From Lama guanicoe (Eukaryota), in NCBI GenBank assembly GCA_013239625.1, contig MU055107.1:2380939-2444938 (forward strand): a stretch of 64,000 bases of DNA, written 5' to 3'. The position numbers were made by a program, and so were the translations under genes. Of the stretch, positions 1-12,420 are shown piece after piece. Under the pieces are notes generated by a model that was not told the origin of the DNA, searched no databases, and saw only the letters and a program-made list of their open reading frames with translations. Numbering within the stretch: the first letter of the stretch is position 1; the number at the start of each line of letters is the position of its first letter.

Positions 1-585
1 GCAAACATCACTCTTCGCTTCAGCACTAAGTGGCTAACATCTGGGTGCTCATTTTCTCATAAGTTGGGTTTGCCTAAGGATTCCTTCCAGCTTACCATTT
101 CACAATGCCAGTTATTTCTCTCCCATCTTCATGCATGGTTCTCCAGTGGGACCTACCGGTCCTAGGTGAACCTGGGCCGAGATCTGTCCTGGTTCAGCAA
201 TGAGCACAGCTGTGTCTCCTGGATCCATGAACTGACATGCCCAGAACCTAAAGAAGCAGCAGATAACTTGGAGGGCCTCAGCAGCTTCCATCCACAAATC
301 TCAGTGGGCAGCACCTGCAAACCCCCATGACCAAGTGTGAACCAACATTAACATTCGCAAATTCCACATGAGACATCCATTGAATTCCAGGCACCAGAGA
401 CCAGGCAGTCTCCCTACTCATTAGAATACAATCAACCTTCATGATGACATTATTTTAAGTCCCTCCTATTTTAGAAAACAGGTGGCAGGACATCTTAGGT
501 TTTAAAAATGGAAGTATCTGCCAGTTGGTATAAGAGAAGAAAATGATTTAATGGTTTTTGCTGTCCACTCTTTGTGCCCGTTTTC

Positions 586-629
586 CCTCTCTCTCTCTCA
601 TACACACACATACACACACTCACACTCAC
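586..629. repeat. (CT)n/(CA)n compound microsatellite
   Basis: ctctctctctctctca followed by tacacacacatacacacactcacactcac. Confidence 0.85.
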
Positions 630-781
630 CATCCCTCCAGGATGTGCCCAAAGGTCTCTTTTTGGTAATCAGAGCATGTTGAGCATAAAAGCCAAGGCTT
701 TCTGGGCAGGGAGGTTTTGATTCCAAGGAACTTTAGATAAAACAATCTGCTAAGTCAAACCAGCTTGCATGAGCTTTGGAA

Positions 782-1106
782 TCAGTTAACTGTGGCCTAC
801 GAGCCATATCTGGCTCCACACCTCTTTGTGTACACCTGCAAGCTAAAAATGGTCCTTACATTTTTAAATGGCTTTAAAAAAATCCAAGAAGGTATAATAG
901 TTTGAAACACATAAGAATTTTATGAGATTCAAATTTCAACGTCCAGAAATAAAGTTTGATCGGAACACAGGCATATCTACTTCCTTATATATTGCCTTCT
1001 CTCTACGACAGAAGAGTTGAGTCGTTATGACAAAAACTGTGTGGCCCACAATGTTGAAATATTTACTATCTGGCCCTTTACAGGAAAAAAAATATGCCAA
1101 TCTATG
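782..1106. mobile_element. MER58B-like hAT-Charlie non-autonomous DNA transposon
   Basis: Recognisable segments aagctaaaaatggtccttacatttttaaatgg, aaataaagtttgatcggaacacag and gaaatatttactatctggccctttacag. Confidence 0.8.
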
Positions 1107-1230
1107 AGATAGACCTACATTTTGATTCTGTCATTTAATATTTCTGTGGCATTAAGCAGATGACTTGACATCTGTGACCTCAACTTTCTCTTCCTAAATT
1201 AAGAGTAATGACATCTAACTTGTGGGTGTC
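1107..1230 (+). mobile_element. MIR fragment (continues a MIR start at about 765-781 interrupted by the MER58B)
   Basis: ctgtggcattaagcagatgacttgacatctgtgacctcaactttctc resembles the MIR core. Confidence 0.5.
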
Positions 1231-2381
1231 TAGAACGATGCTTGGAACCACATGTACTGGTCCTTCTGCCCCATCTTCTTCCCAAGCCTTTCTCTATGTA
1301 GCTGTCAGGGGCATCTGGCCAAAACAGACGTTGGCAAAGTTCTAATTTGCAAAGAAAGTAGACCACATCGTATCTTGGTCTTGGTTGTGAGGACCAGAGC
1401 TGCACTTCTGGACCTATTTTAGTTAAAGTTATTTTCGGCCAGTACCTGGACTTTTTATTATTTTCCTTTCAGCAGAGGTGGAAGTGGGTATTAACAAATC
1501 TGCATCAACCACTTTTTCTGATACACCCTGGGGAAACTCTTGACTAAGAAGAAAGTGTGTTTTAGTTGCTAATCTGATAAACCAGATAAAATAAGTCAAT
1601 AAGTATCAAAAGTTGGAGGGCCCAGACTTCCCACCCCATGGAAATTGGAATTATTTATTCAATACGCAATGACTGCAAAGCATAACAACTCCAGCAGCGA
1701 GAGCCCCAAATCACAAGGTCCTCGGAGACTTCCCTGCTGTTCTCTGGATCCCTCTGCCCACTTCATTCAAAAATTACTTTACCACTAAGTCAATTCAACA
1801 AGCAAAAGGGTCCTCAGGAAACCAGCTGAGGAGATGATTCCTACCTCAGAAGGAAACCACTATGTTTAGAGAAATTAAAGTACAACGCGGTTAGTTTTCT
1901 ACCTAATTGGGAGGTGATGTGCTCTTGTGGAATAAACTTCGGAAGTAAGCAAGCCTGGCTTCAAATATCAGCCTGTCGTCGGAGGATGGCTCTCATCAGA
2001 CAATGGGAGTAATCATTTTTCCCCACGGGGCTGATAGGGGATCAAGTACCGTGACTTACATAGCAGCTTATGAATTTATGAGCAATGTCTGTCATGTAAT
2101 GCTTATTCGGTGGTTGTTCATTTTTCCTCCTTCCTCTGATCCCAAGTTCAGTTAGAGACTCAGGATTGCCACCAATCTGAGTGCCTGCCAGCGCCAGGAA
2201 GTGCAGCCACGTACAAGATCTTGGTGAGTATTTATGATAGCCCTCTGTGGGTGATATTTCTAGGCTCAGCTTTTAAAGACTTATTTTGTTAATTTTCTTT
2301 GCTCTGTATTAAGAGATCCACATGAAATCTGGGGTTCAAACTTATTTTAAAAGTACACTTTTGCTTTGAAGGTATGCTTTT

Positions 2382-2471
2382 TTCTTTTTTTTAATTGAAG
2401 TAATTCAATTTAAAATGTGTTAATTTCTGGTGTACAGCACAGTGATTCATTTTATATATGTGTGTGTGTTC

Positions 2472-2510
<39 letters not shown>

Positions 2511-2802
2511 CTTTTCATATGCTTTTTCACTGCCATCACAAGGTGTTGAATATTGTTCCCTGTGCTATACAGAAGGATTTTGTTGTTTATGTACTTTATA
2601 GTGTGCATCTATAAATTCTGAACTCCCAATATATTCCTCCCTGCCCACCTCCCACCTTCCCCAGTAACCATAAGTTTGTTTTCTATGTCTGTGAGTCTGT
2701 CTCTGTTTGTAAAGAAGTTCATTTGTGTCCTTTTTTTAGATTCCACATATAAGTGATATCATATGGTATTTTTCTTTCTCTTTCTAGCTTACTTCACTTA
2801 AA
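2382..2802 (-). mobile_element. 5'-truncated L1 3' UTR (laurasiatherian/camelid type) with internal (TA)n and TSD
   Basis: ttaattgaagtaatt...tggtgtacagcacagtgattc, gttccctgtgctatacag, agattccacatataagtgatatcatatgg; TSD-like tatgctttt at 2373 and 2803, followed by TCTT/AAAA. Confidence 0.9.
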
Positions 2803-3146
2803 TATGCTTTTCTTAAAAAGTATCACTCTAAATTGTGAATTTAGAGTTTTTGCTACTTTATGAAATCTCACCTATAGCTCAGTTGGATTACATTAGCAAT
2901 TTAAAATTAACTAAAGCCCCCTCATAATAGCCTCAGCTTTTAGAGGAAGGCATTGACTATACCATCCTGAAATAATGATGTAAAATTGCTCTATGTCTGA
3001 AACGTTGCATAAATTTAAGGACTGCAGGAATTGTCTGTAGCTGGTTGACTAGCTGGCCAGCTTGGTTACACAAAAATTGCTAATGGTGTCTAGGATGGGA
3101 GAGATGAAGGTGGTGGATATAATAAACTTAATCTTGCCAATATAGT

Positions 3147-3810
3147 TTTAAAAACTTATATTGAAATATAATATACTGAAAAATACACTTAAGCATACAG
3201 TTCAATTAATTTTTTCAAACTGAACACACCTTTGCAACCAACTCCCTAGACTAAGAAACAAAACACAATCCACACACAAGAAGTCCCTGGCCATGCTTTC
3301 TTCTGACTGCTAAAGTTCCAGGGATAATCTCTGTACTAACTTTAAATAGCAGATTAGTAGTGGCTGTTTTTATACTTCACATGACTAAAATCATACAGTG
3401 TTCTTTTTTGTATCTGACTTCTTTTGTTCAACATTTTTAAGATTTACCTATATTGAGGAGTGTAATTTAAGATTAGACCATTCACTCTCAGTACTGTAGA
3501 GTACCCCCTTTTGTGAACGTGCCACACTTTATGCATTTTATTGCTGATGGACATCTGGGGACTTTCAGTGTGAGGGTATTTGAGCATCCTGCTGCATGTC
3601 TTTTGGTGACTATCTTACACATTTCTTTTGAGTACATATATAAAAGTAGACTCACTGAGCCCTAGGGTAGCTTATATTCAGCGTTAGTAAGTACTACCAA
3701 GCATTTTTCCAAAGAATTGTATCAATTTATACTCCTACCAGCAATGTCCGGCATCCTTGCCAACAGTCAGAATCTTCCATCTTTTTCATTTTCACCATTC
3801 TGATGATGCC
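3147..3810 (-). mobile_element. Old L1 (L1MD/L1ME-like) 3' end
   Basis: tattgaaatataat, aaactgaacacacc, aatcatacagtg, ttttccaaagaattgtatcaatttatactcctaccagcaatg. Confidence 0.75.
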
Positions 3811-4220
3811 TCCTCAGATTTTTATTTCTGTCCTATATACACAAAATATTCAGCTACAAGAATAAAAGGCAAGAAGTGAATACAAGGAGTATGAGTTGAG
3901 GGAGCCCCACAAAGACTCCACGAAAACCATGAGGGCCATGGACATGTAACCACCATATAACCACCAACCATGAGTAGCCACTGGACAGCAACATCATTAT
4001 CAAATGCACACGGAACTCACTTTGGTGCTCTGTGACTCAACCCCGTCCATTGGCATTTCATTTAAATTTCTGTACTAGATCCTGTTTTTCCATCATCTCC
4101 CCTTTTGACTTCCAAATTACGTTTTCTTCCCACCACTGCTTGGGTCTCCCAGGATAGCCTCAACAAAATTTTCGATATTGGCAAAGAACCAGCAGGAGAA
4201 CTGGGAGACAACTGGGCTCC

Positions 4221-4676
4221 AGAACCAGTCCCACTCAGCAGACACAAAATATGTGCTTCAAAACCGGAAGGAGTCGGGAGGGAGGAGCTTGAGTGGTACC
4301 CAGGATGCTCCGTCTGCAGGGACCACTTCACCAGTGCCTACGTGGCAATAGAATACTACCTTGCAGGTGCACAGCCTTTTCAAATCATAAATGTTCTGGG
4401 AATCCATAGAACACGTGGAAAGAAACAAGTCTTGTGAAAGTAACAAGCAAGAACCAGTCCCACTCAGCAGACACAAATATGTGCTTCAAAACCGGAAGGA
4501 GTCGGGAGGGAGGAGCTTGAGTGGTACCCAGGATGCTCCGTCTGCAGGGACCACTTCACCAGTGCCTACGTGGCAATAGAATACTACCTTGCAGGTGCAC
4601 AGCCTTTTCAAATCATAAATGTTCTGGGAATCCATAGAACACGTGGAAAGAAACAAGTCTTGTGAAAGTAACAAGC
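4221..4676. repeat. Direct tandem duplication, 2 x about 228 bp
   Basis: 4221-4448 and 4450-4676 are identical except one A in a homopolymer (gacacaaaatatg vs gacacaaatatg). Confidence 0.97.
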
Positions 4677-4969
4677 TGAAGCCAACAAGCTGCTTAGGTG
4701 GCTTCACACCAGAACTTTCTGCAGTAGTCAGGTAGGGGCTGCCCTAAGTAAATGTGGACTTAGGACAATCTCACTCACTCACTCTCCTGGTCCCTGTGTT
4801 CTGTGCCATGCCATCTGATCTTGGGGGCAAGTGGAAAATGGACTTCCCTCTTGCCTGCCCCCTCATGACATTCCCGGTACAACTTACATCCTCACCCACC
4901 ATGGCAACCCAAGATGGCTGCAGTTTTACCACTGAATGTCCTTTAACACATAGCCCAGACTCCAGAGCT

Positions 4970-5070
4970 CATAATAACAGCCCATACTTACTGAGTGCTC
5001 ATTACCTGCTGGGCCGTGTGCTAAATACATTACACGCGTTATTTATTTTGATTTGACTCAGCATCACACA
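4970..5070 (-). mobile_element. MIR 3' fragment
   Basis: catacttactgagtgctcattacctgctgggccgtgtgctaaatacatt. Confidence 0.55.
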
Positions 5071-5959
5071 GCACAGCATGTAACTCAGAAGGTCCGGTGT
5101 GCATCCTCATCTGCTCCTTCCAGCATCCAGCGCTCCTTCCATCTGGGCCATGTGATCTAAGAAGGGCCTTTCTTCTCCCCACTCCAAATGCACCCCTGCC
5201 TGCTGATGCTTAAGATTCCATGATTGTAACTTCTTTCCTGTGTCAAAAATGGTGTTCGTGCTTGTTTGACGCATTAATGTTTAATGAGCACATTATCAAA
5301 CATTTACCCTTAAGGGTGATATGTTGGGAAGGCAAATGACCCTTTGGAACCTGGGGGCCTTGATAATGGGCTTCTGAGAGGTCAAGAAACATGGATTGCT
5401 GGGTGATTTTCCCTGCCCTTTAGTGTATCTTAATCTACAAATATTTCTGTGGATTTCTTTGGAGGCAAACCTCTCAGACTTGCTCAGATGGTAGGGATAA
5501 GGCAGACACCAAATTATTCCCCTATTCCCAACATAATAGAACAAATGAGCCCTCTTTCATTCTTTACTTCAAGCTGAGTTTCTTTTACCCAACAATGTAT
5601 GAATCCCCAAATGGGTACGTTTAAAGAAACAAAACAGACAGTTGAAAAGGTCTAGATAATGCATGGTTGACGGAGGTGTAATGGGTCCACACAGCCCATT
5701 GGGATGTGATGGGGATGTGTCAGGGGAAGCAGAGGTCCCTCTACCACCCAACCCTGACACCACCGAGGTAGGGAGAACACCTCTATCTCTTGCTCCTGGG
5801 ATGTGATCCCAAGCTCCTACAACCTCAGTGATGGTAAACACTCTTATTGCTTTGTACACCCTGAGTGCTCATCCAAAGTTAGGCCTTCACCTCTGCTGCC
5901 CTCTGTTCCTTCCCCTTGTTACCTGATGAACTACCTCTCACTCTCTGGGCCTCAGTTTC

Positions 5960-6336
5960 TATTTCAACAAGAAACCTTTGTCAAGCCCCCAAATGTGGAT
6001 AAGAGCCCAGTCCTCTTAATGGCCTTCCTCACACGAAACTCATGTCCATTTTCCACACTGACCATGAGTGTCTATTCATGTGTCTCCATCTTTTTTTTTA
6101 GTATTTCAATTTTTAAATATATTTTTAATTTATTTTATTTTGTTTTGTTTAATAGAGGTACTGGGGATCAAACCCCGGACCTCGTGCATGCCACGAACGT
6201 GCTCTACCACTGAGCTATACCCACCCCGCCCCACGTGTCTCCGTCTTTGAATATCTTGTTCACTAGATATCCATGTCCCACACGAGGTGTAGCCCATGAG
6301 CCATAAAATATCTTTTCTTGTTGAATTAACTGAATA
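5960..6336 (+). mobile_element. L2 3' end, interrupted by a SINE
   Basis: atcttgttcactagatatcc and terminal ttgttgaattaactgaat. Confidence 0.5.
6094..6231 (-). mobile_element. Camelid tRNA-derived SINE (vic-1 type) with 17-bp TSD
   Basis: Minus strand GGGTATAGCTCAGTGGTAGAGCAC...GAGGTCCGGGGTTTGATCCCCAGTACCTC plus A-rich tail; TSD caYgtgtctccRtcttt at 6077-6093 and 6232-6248. Confidence 0.92.
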
Positions 6337-7291
6337 ATTAGCTTATTAAGACCATTTCTTCCAATCAAATAACAGTAGATTCCCCAAGCTATCTTCAACC
6401 ATCTACGATACGCCTGTCATTCTTTTGGGTGAGGAGGGAGAAGAGAAATTTCACGGAGGGAAGGAAAGCCTACACTCTATAAGACCAAATAAATTAATTC
6501 CACTTAGCCAACAAGTAAATACAGGATTAGGAGTCAAAAGGCTACAAAAATTCCCCCTCTTTGGCATGTGCAGAATGCNNNNNNNNNNNNNNNNNNNNNN
6601 NNNNNNNNNNNNNNNNNNNNNNNNNNNNNNNNNNNNNNNNNNNNNNNNNNNNNNNNNNNNNNNNNNNNNNNNNNNNNNNNNNNNNNNNNNNNNNNNNNNN
6701 NNNNNNNNNNNNNNNNNNCAGAAGGCCCCACGAGGAGCTGATGGAAAAGAGCAGGGGGTCGCAGGCACGCAGCCTTGCAGCCCCAGAACACACACCCGGG
6801 GCTCAGAGGAGACCCCAGTTTGGGTGTTTTCCTCGTGTTCCTCTTAGAGCTGCTGTGTCATTAATGGAGCTTGTATTTTTGTGCTTGTACAAAGCCCTCC
6901 CTTTGTGGTTCACTCCCAGTCTTAAACCTTGCATGTGACCACATGTAAATGTGTCTTTTTACGGTCCTATAATCTCAGGACTTTTAAATCTCTGTTGCTT
7001 AAAGGCATACAGTGAGCTGAAGCGGAAAACCCCAGAGGTTTCTGATCATTTAGAAGCAGTTTATGTGCTGGTTCTAAGTGGCTTCACGGCTTCACTTCTT
7101 GCAGGGACTGAGGCAGAGCAAGGATAAGGCCTCTTCAGGGCATTCAAAACCAAAATCAAAAATCATTAAAGAAATAGGCAACCTCTTTCTATTTAAACAC
7201 CTCATTCACAGATATCTGAATCAGCTGCCTTGCTGGAAGCTTCCTGCTTAAGAATTACTTCTCTATTGTCTAGCGTGTTGTCAGTTCATCT

Positions 7292-7341
7292 TCAGAACTG
7301 ATTTTCTGTCTCAAGCTCAGAACTGATTTTCTATCTCAAGC
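7292..7341. repeat. 25-bp tandem duplication
   Basis: tcagaactgattttctRtctcaagc x2, one mismatch. Confidence 0.9.
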
Positions 7342-7492
7342 TTGCATGAGTCTCCTTGGACAGCCTTAATGAAAGGTGAGGTATTGACAGGGAAGGGAAA
7401 TAGGAGAGAATTGGGTTCAGGATATAGGCAATGGACTCCCTTCACATTCTGCAGAAAATCTGCCTAATATTCTCTCAACTCACATTTCTTTT

Positions 7493-7804
7493 TTTTTTTT
7501 AATTTCCACAATTGCATGTTTTTAATTTTTTTTAATTGAAGTATAGTGGATTTACAATGTTGTGTCAGTTTCAGGTGTACAGAAAATTGACTCAGTAATA
7601 TATACATTTATAATTTTTCAGATTCTTTTCCATGATAGGTTATTATAAGACATTGAATATAGTTCCCTGTGCTATACAGTAAGTCTTTATTGTTCATCTA
7701 TTTTGTGTATGGTAGTGTATATCTGTTAATCCCAAACTCCTAATTTATCCCTTTATCCCCCCACTTTCCCTTTTGGTAACCATAGTTTTGTTTTCTATGT
7801 CTGA
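7493..7804 (-). mobile_element. 5'-truncated L1 3' end with perfect 16-bp TSD
   Basis: ttaattgaagtatagtggatttacaatgttgtg, gttccctgtgctatacag, ggtaaccatag; TSD aactcacatttctttt at 7477-7492 and 7805-7820. Confidence 0.93.
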
Positions 7805-9866
7805 AACTCACATTTCTTTTATTCCTTTCTCATTCCTTATTCTTGTTGAATGTTTTGTGGATCTGGGACAAGACCAAAGGGTAGGCAAAGTGTAAAAACA
7901 AACAACGCCCCCCCCAAATCTCCTTCATATTCAGATTCTGTTTTTCTCCAAAATAAGCATGTATCTTTGGCACTAACCACGGGGGATTACAAAGCAGGAG
8001 AATATTTGTAAATGTTTATTTGATGAAAAATATGCCACCTACCTCTCTAGTTCAATATCATTGAATCAAACTTCCTATACCCAAAACATCTGAGATGTTT
8101 TTCCATAACACAAGTTTAATTCAACTGTTGTTCTTTATGCCAAATTAGTCACTTTCTTTCAGAATCTTCTTTGACTTTTTTGTTTCTTTCTCCTTCCTTT
8201 TTTCTCCTTTTTTTGGTTTTTGTCAGTATTTTATTTTTAAAAACCTATTTATTTCTGAAAGAGTATCATAAGTAAGAAAAGAGGCAACAGGTTTTGAAGC
8301 TTAGGATAAAATCGTACTTAATAAACGGTCACACAACTCCACTGACCAAGAAAACCAGGGCTGCTGCCACCCTCCTCACCAGACCACTAAGTACCGGGCC
8401 CAAGCCCCCCCAGCCTTTTGGTCAAGGTCTTCACTTGTAGATCATTAGATTCCACACTCAAGGACTCCCAAGGAACGGACTGTAAAGGTTATACTTCTAG
8501 ACACTTCGCATTTCTAGCATGGGTTTATTTGCAGAGAAAACTCAAAGTCAACGTATTGTTTTGTGTTGTTTTTGTCCATTTGCTTCCTCTTTGATCTGTA
8601 TTTATGCCAGCTGATCATTTCTGGTCCAAATGGACCATCTTGCATACAGCCCTGTTAATTTTGGCTTGTTACATTTCCCCAAACTCAGCTGTCATGACCT
8701 GTTGGGTTTTAAGGCATCTTAAAATCAGTTTAAGTCTGTCATCTAGAAATTGTTTTCTGTCTCAGCATTGTGTCCACACACACTTAATCAACATACTTTA
8801 AAATTCATCCAAAGCTCTTATTACAGTATTAGGAAGTGCAGTTCAAGAAACAAGCTTCGTGTCTACTACCATAGCTGGCTTTTAAAAGATTGGGTTTTGA
8901 TTGAAGCAGTTTCTCAGGTAGACATCAAGAAGGAATTTTGATAGTAAAAACTGATGCGAGATGGTGGAGGCTGACATTTCCAGCGCTTGAGTTCTCTCAG
9001 AACGGAAGGGCTTATAAGTAGGGATGGCTTCTGATGAAGTTAAGGTGAAATAAAATAACCTTGTTAGACTCATGAGGTTTTGTTTGGTATCTTGGGAAAG
9101 AAAAATGAACCCTCCTACACTAACATTTCTATTTTGTATATCCATTCTTTTAAAGGAGTCAGCCCTGAAAAATATCACTCTTGTGGGAAGCTGATTCTCA
9201 TTCACAGTTTGGGGGGATAGTCCCATAGTGGGTTCTTTTCACCTGCTGGCCCCAGGCATTCCAGAACAAGGAAGCCAGACACTTCTCTCTTTGGTAGAGG
9301 CCCAGGTATATCTCAAAGTCTCATAGCCCATTCCAAAGTAGTGAGTGAAATTCTGACATATTACTCCCCATCACAACCTTCCCTCTCTATCCTTGAGGGG
9401 CCAGCTCACCTTGATGGGTATTAGAGTACAGTATGAAGCTTATGTTTTTGACACATGGAAGGTTTCTTTCAACATTGTGTGTAGTTATTAGGAATCTGTG
9501 GCCTTGAAGGTATAAATGATTGTGCTCTGCTGTACTCATGGGGTGTAATCAAATTACATTCTTGCACAAAAGAATCCACTTTGCACCTTTTTCTGTGTTT
9601 TTAAGTACTTGAAATCCAACAAGAACCTTCAGGAATTACCACACCTGCCTTTCAAGTACCTTTACTATGGGTGCACATTCATAACTGTCACATGCTCGTG
9701 GCATTTATAACTTTGGGTAAACAGTGAAAGAAGGGAATTCAGTGACGCAATGAGTGAGTGATTAGGAACAATAATCTAAATCTCAAGAAAAGGAAATTTG
9801 GGCTTTCATGTTAAATATTGAATCTTCTCTAGAGTGAAACTGCTTCTTTCTCATATAAACCTAATA

Positions 9867-10334
9867 CAGACAGACCTCAGAGATAATGTGGGTTCGGTTC
9901 CAAACCANNNNNNNNNNNNNNNNNNNNNNNNNNNNNNNNNNNNNNNNNNNNNNNNNNNNNNNNNNNNNNNNNNNNNNNNNNNNNNNNNNNNNNNNNNNNN
10001 NNNNNNNNNNNNNNNNNNNNNNNNNNNNNNNNNNNNNNNTACCTTAATTAAAGAATATTTCATTATTAAAAAATGTTAATCATCAACAGAGCCTTCAGCT
10101 AGTTGTAGTAGCAACATCAAAGATCACTGAACACAAATCACCATGACAAACAGAAGAAGAAAGTTTGAAGCACTGCAAGAATTACCAAAAAGTGACACAA
10201 AGACACGAAGTGAGTAATGCTGTTGGAAAAATGGCACCAATAGGCACTCAACACTGGGTTGCTGCAGACCTTCAATATGTAAAAAACACAATATCTGCAA
10301 AGTGCAATAAAGTAAGTGTAATAAAGTATTCCTG
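9867..10334 (-). mobile_element. Internally deleted Tigger1 derivative (Tigger1a-like, TcMar), about 468 bp, partly masked
   Basis: Ends cagacagacctcagagataatgtgggttcggttcc and aaagtattcctg match Tigger1 termini; flanking TA at 9865-9866 and 10335-10336. Confidence 0.88.
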
Positions 10335-10346
10335 TAATTGTTTAAG

Positions 10347-10960
10347 GTGAGAATCATCAGTTAAAATTAGTAGGTGAAAGTATGATGAGAAATAGGATTT
10401 TTATATAGCCTCAAAGTATCTCCCATACAATACTTATTAATTATAGTGGAGAAATCCAGCAGACATCACCTTAACCAAATGATCGAAGTTAATATCAGTA
10501 ATGAGATATCAACATCATGTGCCTCCTGATACTGTGCATAAGGAAGGACACAGTCTCACTTCTGTGGCACTCCTAAACTGCATAACCTAAAAAAATCACA
10601 AGGGAAAATCCGATGAACCCAAAGTGAGGCACCTTTTACAAAATAACCAGCCAAAACTCTTTAAGGTTCGAAGTCACAAAAGACAGAAAGATTGAGGAAA
10701 TGTTTCCAATTAGAAGAGAATAGCAGAGATTAAAAACTAACTGCTAGATTAGATTCTGGACCAGAAAAAGGGCAGCTGTAGGATAATTGTTGAAGTTTAA
10801 ATAAGATCTAATATCAATGTTAATTGATTTTGATCATTTTATTGTGATTATAAAAAAATATTAACATTTGGAGAGTCTGGATGAAAGTAGGCTAAAATTA
10901 TTTATATTACATTTGTAACTTTTTTTAAAGTCTGAAATTATTTCTAAATGAAAAATTAAC
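10347..10960 (+). mobile_element. L1MC4-like 3' end
   Basis: gtggagaaatccagcagacatcaccttaaccaaatgatcgaagttaatatc, catcatgtgcctcctgat, tctgaaattatttctaaatgaaaa. Confidence 0.8.
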
Positions 10961-11919
10961 ACACAAAAAATTTACAGCCAGAAGAAAAAAAAAAGAATGA
11001 ATATATTCACATGTCACATTGACAAATGGCCAAGGGGGGAAAAAAAAAGACAATGATTGAAAGATCTAAAAGTTTGAGAACTACTGGATTAGGTGATATA
11101 TAAGATCTCTTTACATGCTAAGGTTTTGCAATTCCATGAATTATGAATTTAGAAAACCAGAAAGTGTCAAGGTTGATTGCTTTAAGAAAATCTGCCTCCA
11201 ATTGAACTGTGAGAAAGAGAATTTATTTGAATTTCTTACACCTTTGTGTTCACATCAGGTGTATAGGCTTAGCTCACACTTTCATAAGAGACATTGAAAT
11301 AAATTTACTTCTTGTCTTTTCCACTAGTGGAGACATATATACACATATGTGTATCATTAATGCATCTCATTCTGGATAATACATGAAGTTGGTAATCCAA
11401 ATTATCCTTACTCATTCCAGCCGAGAGTCTAGTCTAACACCAGTTTCCTGTTGCTCACAGTTGTTGTGTTCACAGATTAAAATTTTCATTTCAATTCCCC
11501 TCAAATATTCAGGAGATAAAACTGCTGCTAGGGGTGCAGAAAGTAACAAATAATGTATTCTGTGCAACGGTTGAAAAATAGCCTGTTTCATTGTGCCTCT
11601 GTGTTGATTTTTTAAAAAAATAACGACATGTACTTAACTTGGCAATGTCCTCACTCTAAAATGAAGGTAGGAAAGTATATTTGAATTTGAAAACAAATTC
11701 CCAGGCTAAGATTAGCCTCAGGAATTTCTTATCATCCCTGCTTCCTAGGCTTAAAAACGTTCTTCTCGGGAAGTGTTCCTTTTTTTTTTTTTTTTTTTTT
11801 TTACAGATTCCTACAATGGTGGGAACAGACCAGACCCACTGTGGGGTTCTGGCTCTTTCTCTGTCACTCACCAAATGCCTCAATTTCCTCAGCTGTAAAT
11901 AGAAGAAACTGGGCAAGGA

Positions 11920-12420
11920 AGGGTTCTTAAGTGCCTTAAGCAGCCTGATAAAACTTATGACCTCTTCTCAAAATGATATTTTTAAATGAATAAGAGAAAA
12001 TACAATTACAAAAAAATGAATTACATAAAATACAATGCTCAACATAATTTAAAATATGTGATATAAGAATATGTGCATATCCATTAGTAACACCTTAAAT
12101 ATTATCTAGCAGTAGATCTAATAACTCCCATAATTTCAAAGACATGATGAGCATAAATGATATCTGGAGATAATCTGCAACACTGTAATGTGATATAAAG
12201 ACATCTTTGATTTCTACTGTGTCCAAATCACGGATACAGGTGATGTTCCTGTGGTTTGTTGCCCACATTTGAAATGGGAAGGAGTAGTAAATTCCAATTA
12301 GAGGTTAGTGAAAACAAAAATGCAATTATTTTCCCATCCCAGTTCATAGATCCCCTGGAGTCTGTCATTTCTGTAATCTCCTCCCCCCCAGGCACCTTGA
12401 GGGGGACCCTCATCAACCAT
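11920..12420. mobile_element. MER20B-like hAT-Charlie element
   Basis: gatgagcataaatgatatc, ctgtaatgtgatat, ttagaggttagtgaaaacaaa, ttcccatcccagttcatagatcccctgg. Confidence 0.7.

Noticed and set aside
100-350. Possible LTR remnant at the window start
   Set aside because: No diagnostic termini or family motif I can confirm.
2149-2223. Plus-strand exon candidate with strong donor TTG|GTGAGT
   Set aside because: Ambiguous acceptor at the end of a MIR-like relic, no partner exon and no recognisable peptide.
4062-4707. Repeated ORF peptides suggesting a tandem gene
   Set aside because: A consequence of the 228-bp duplication; no recognisable protein and the indel shifts the frame between copies.
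6748-6763. CTCF-like gagcagggggtcgc
   Set aside because: An extra T breaks the GGGGGCGC core and the 5' CC is missing.
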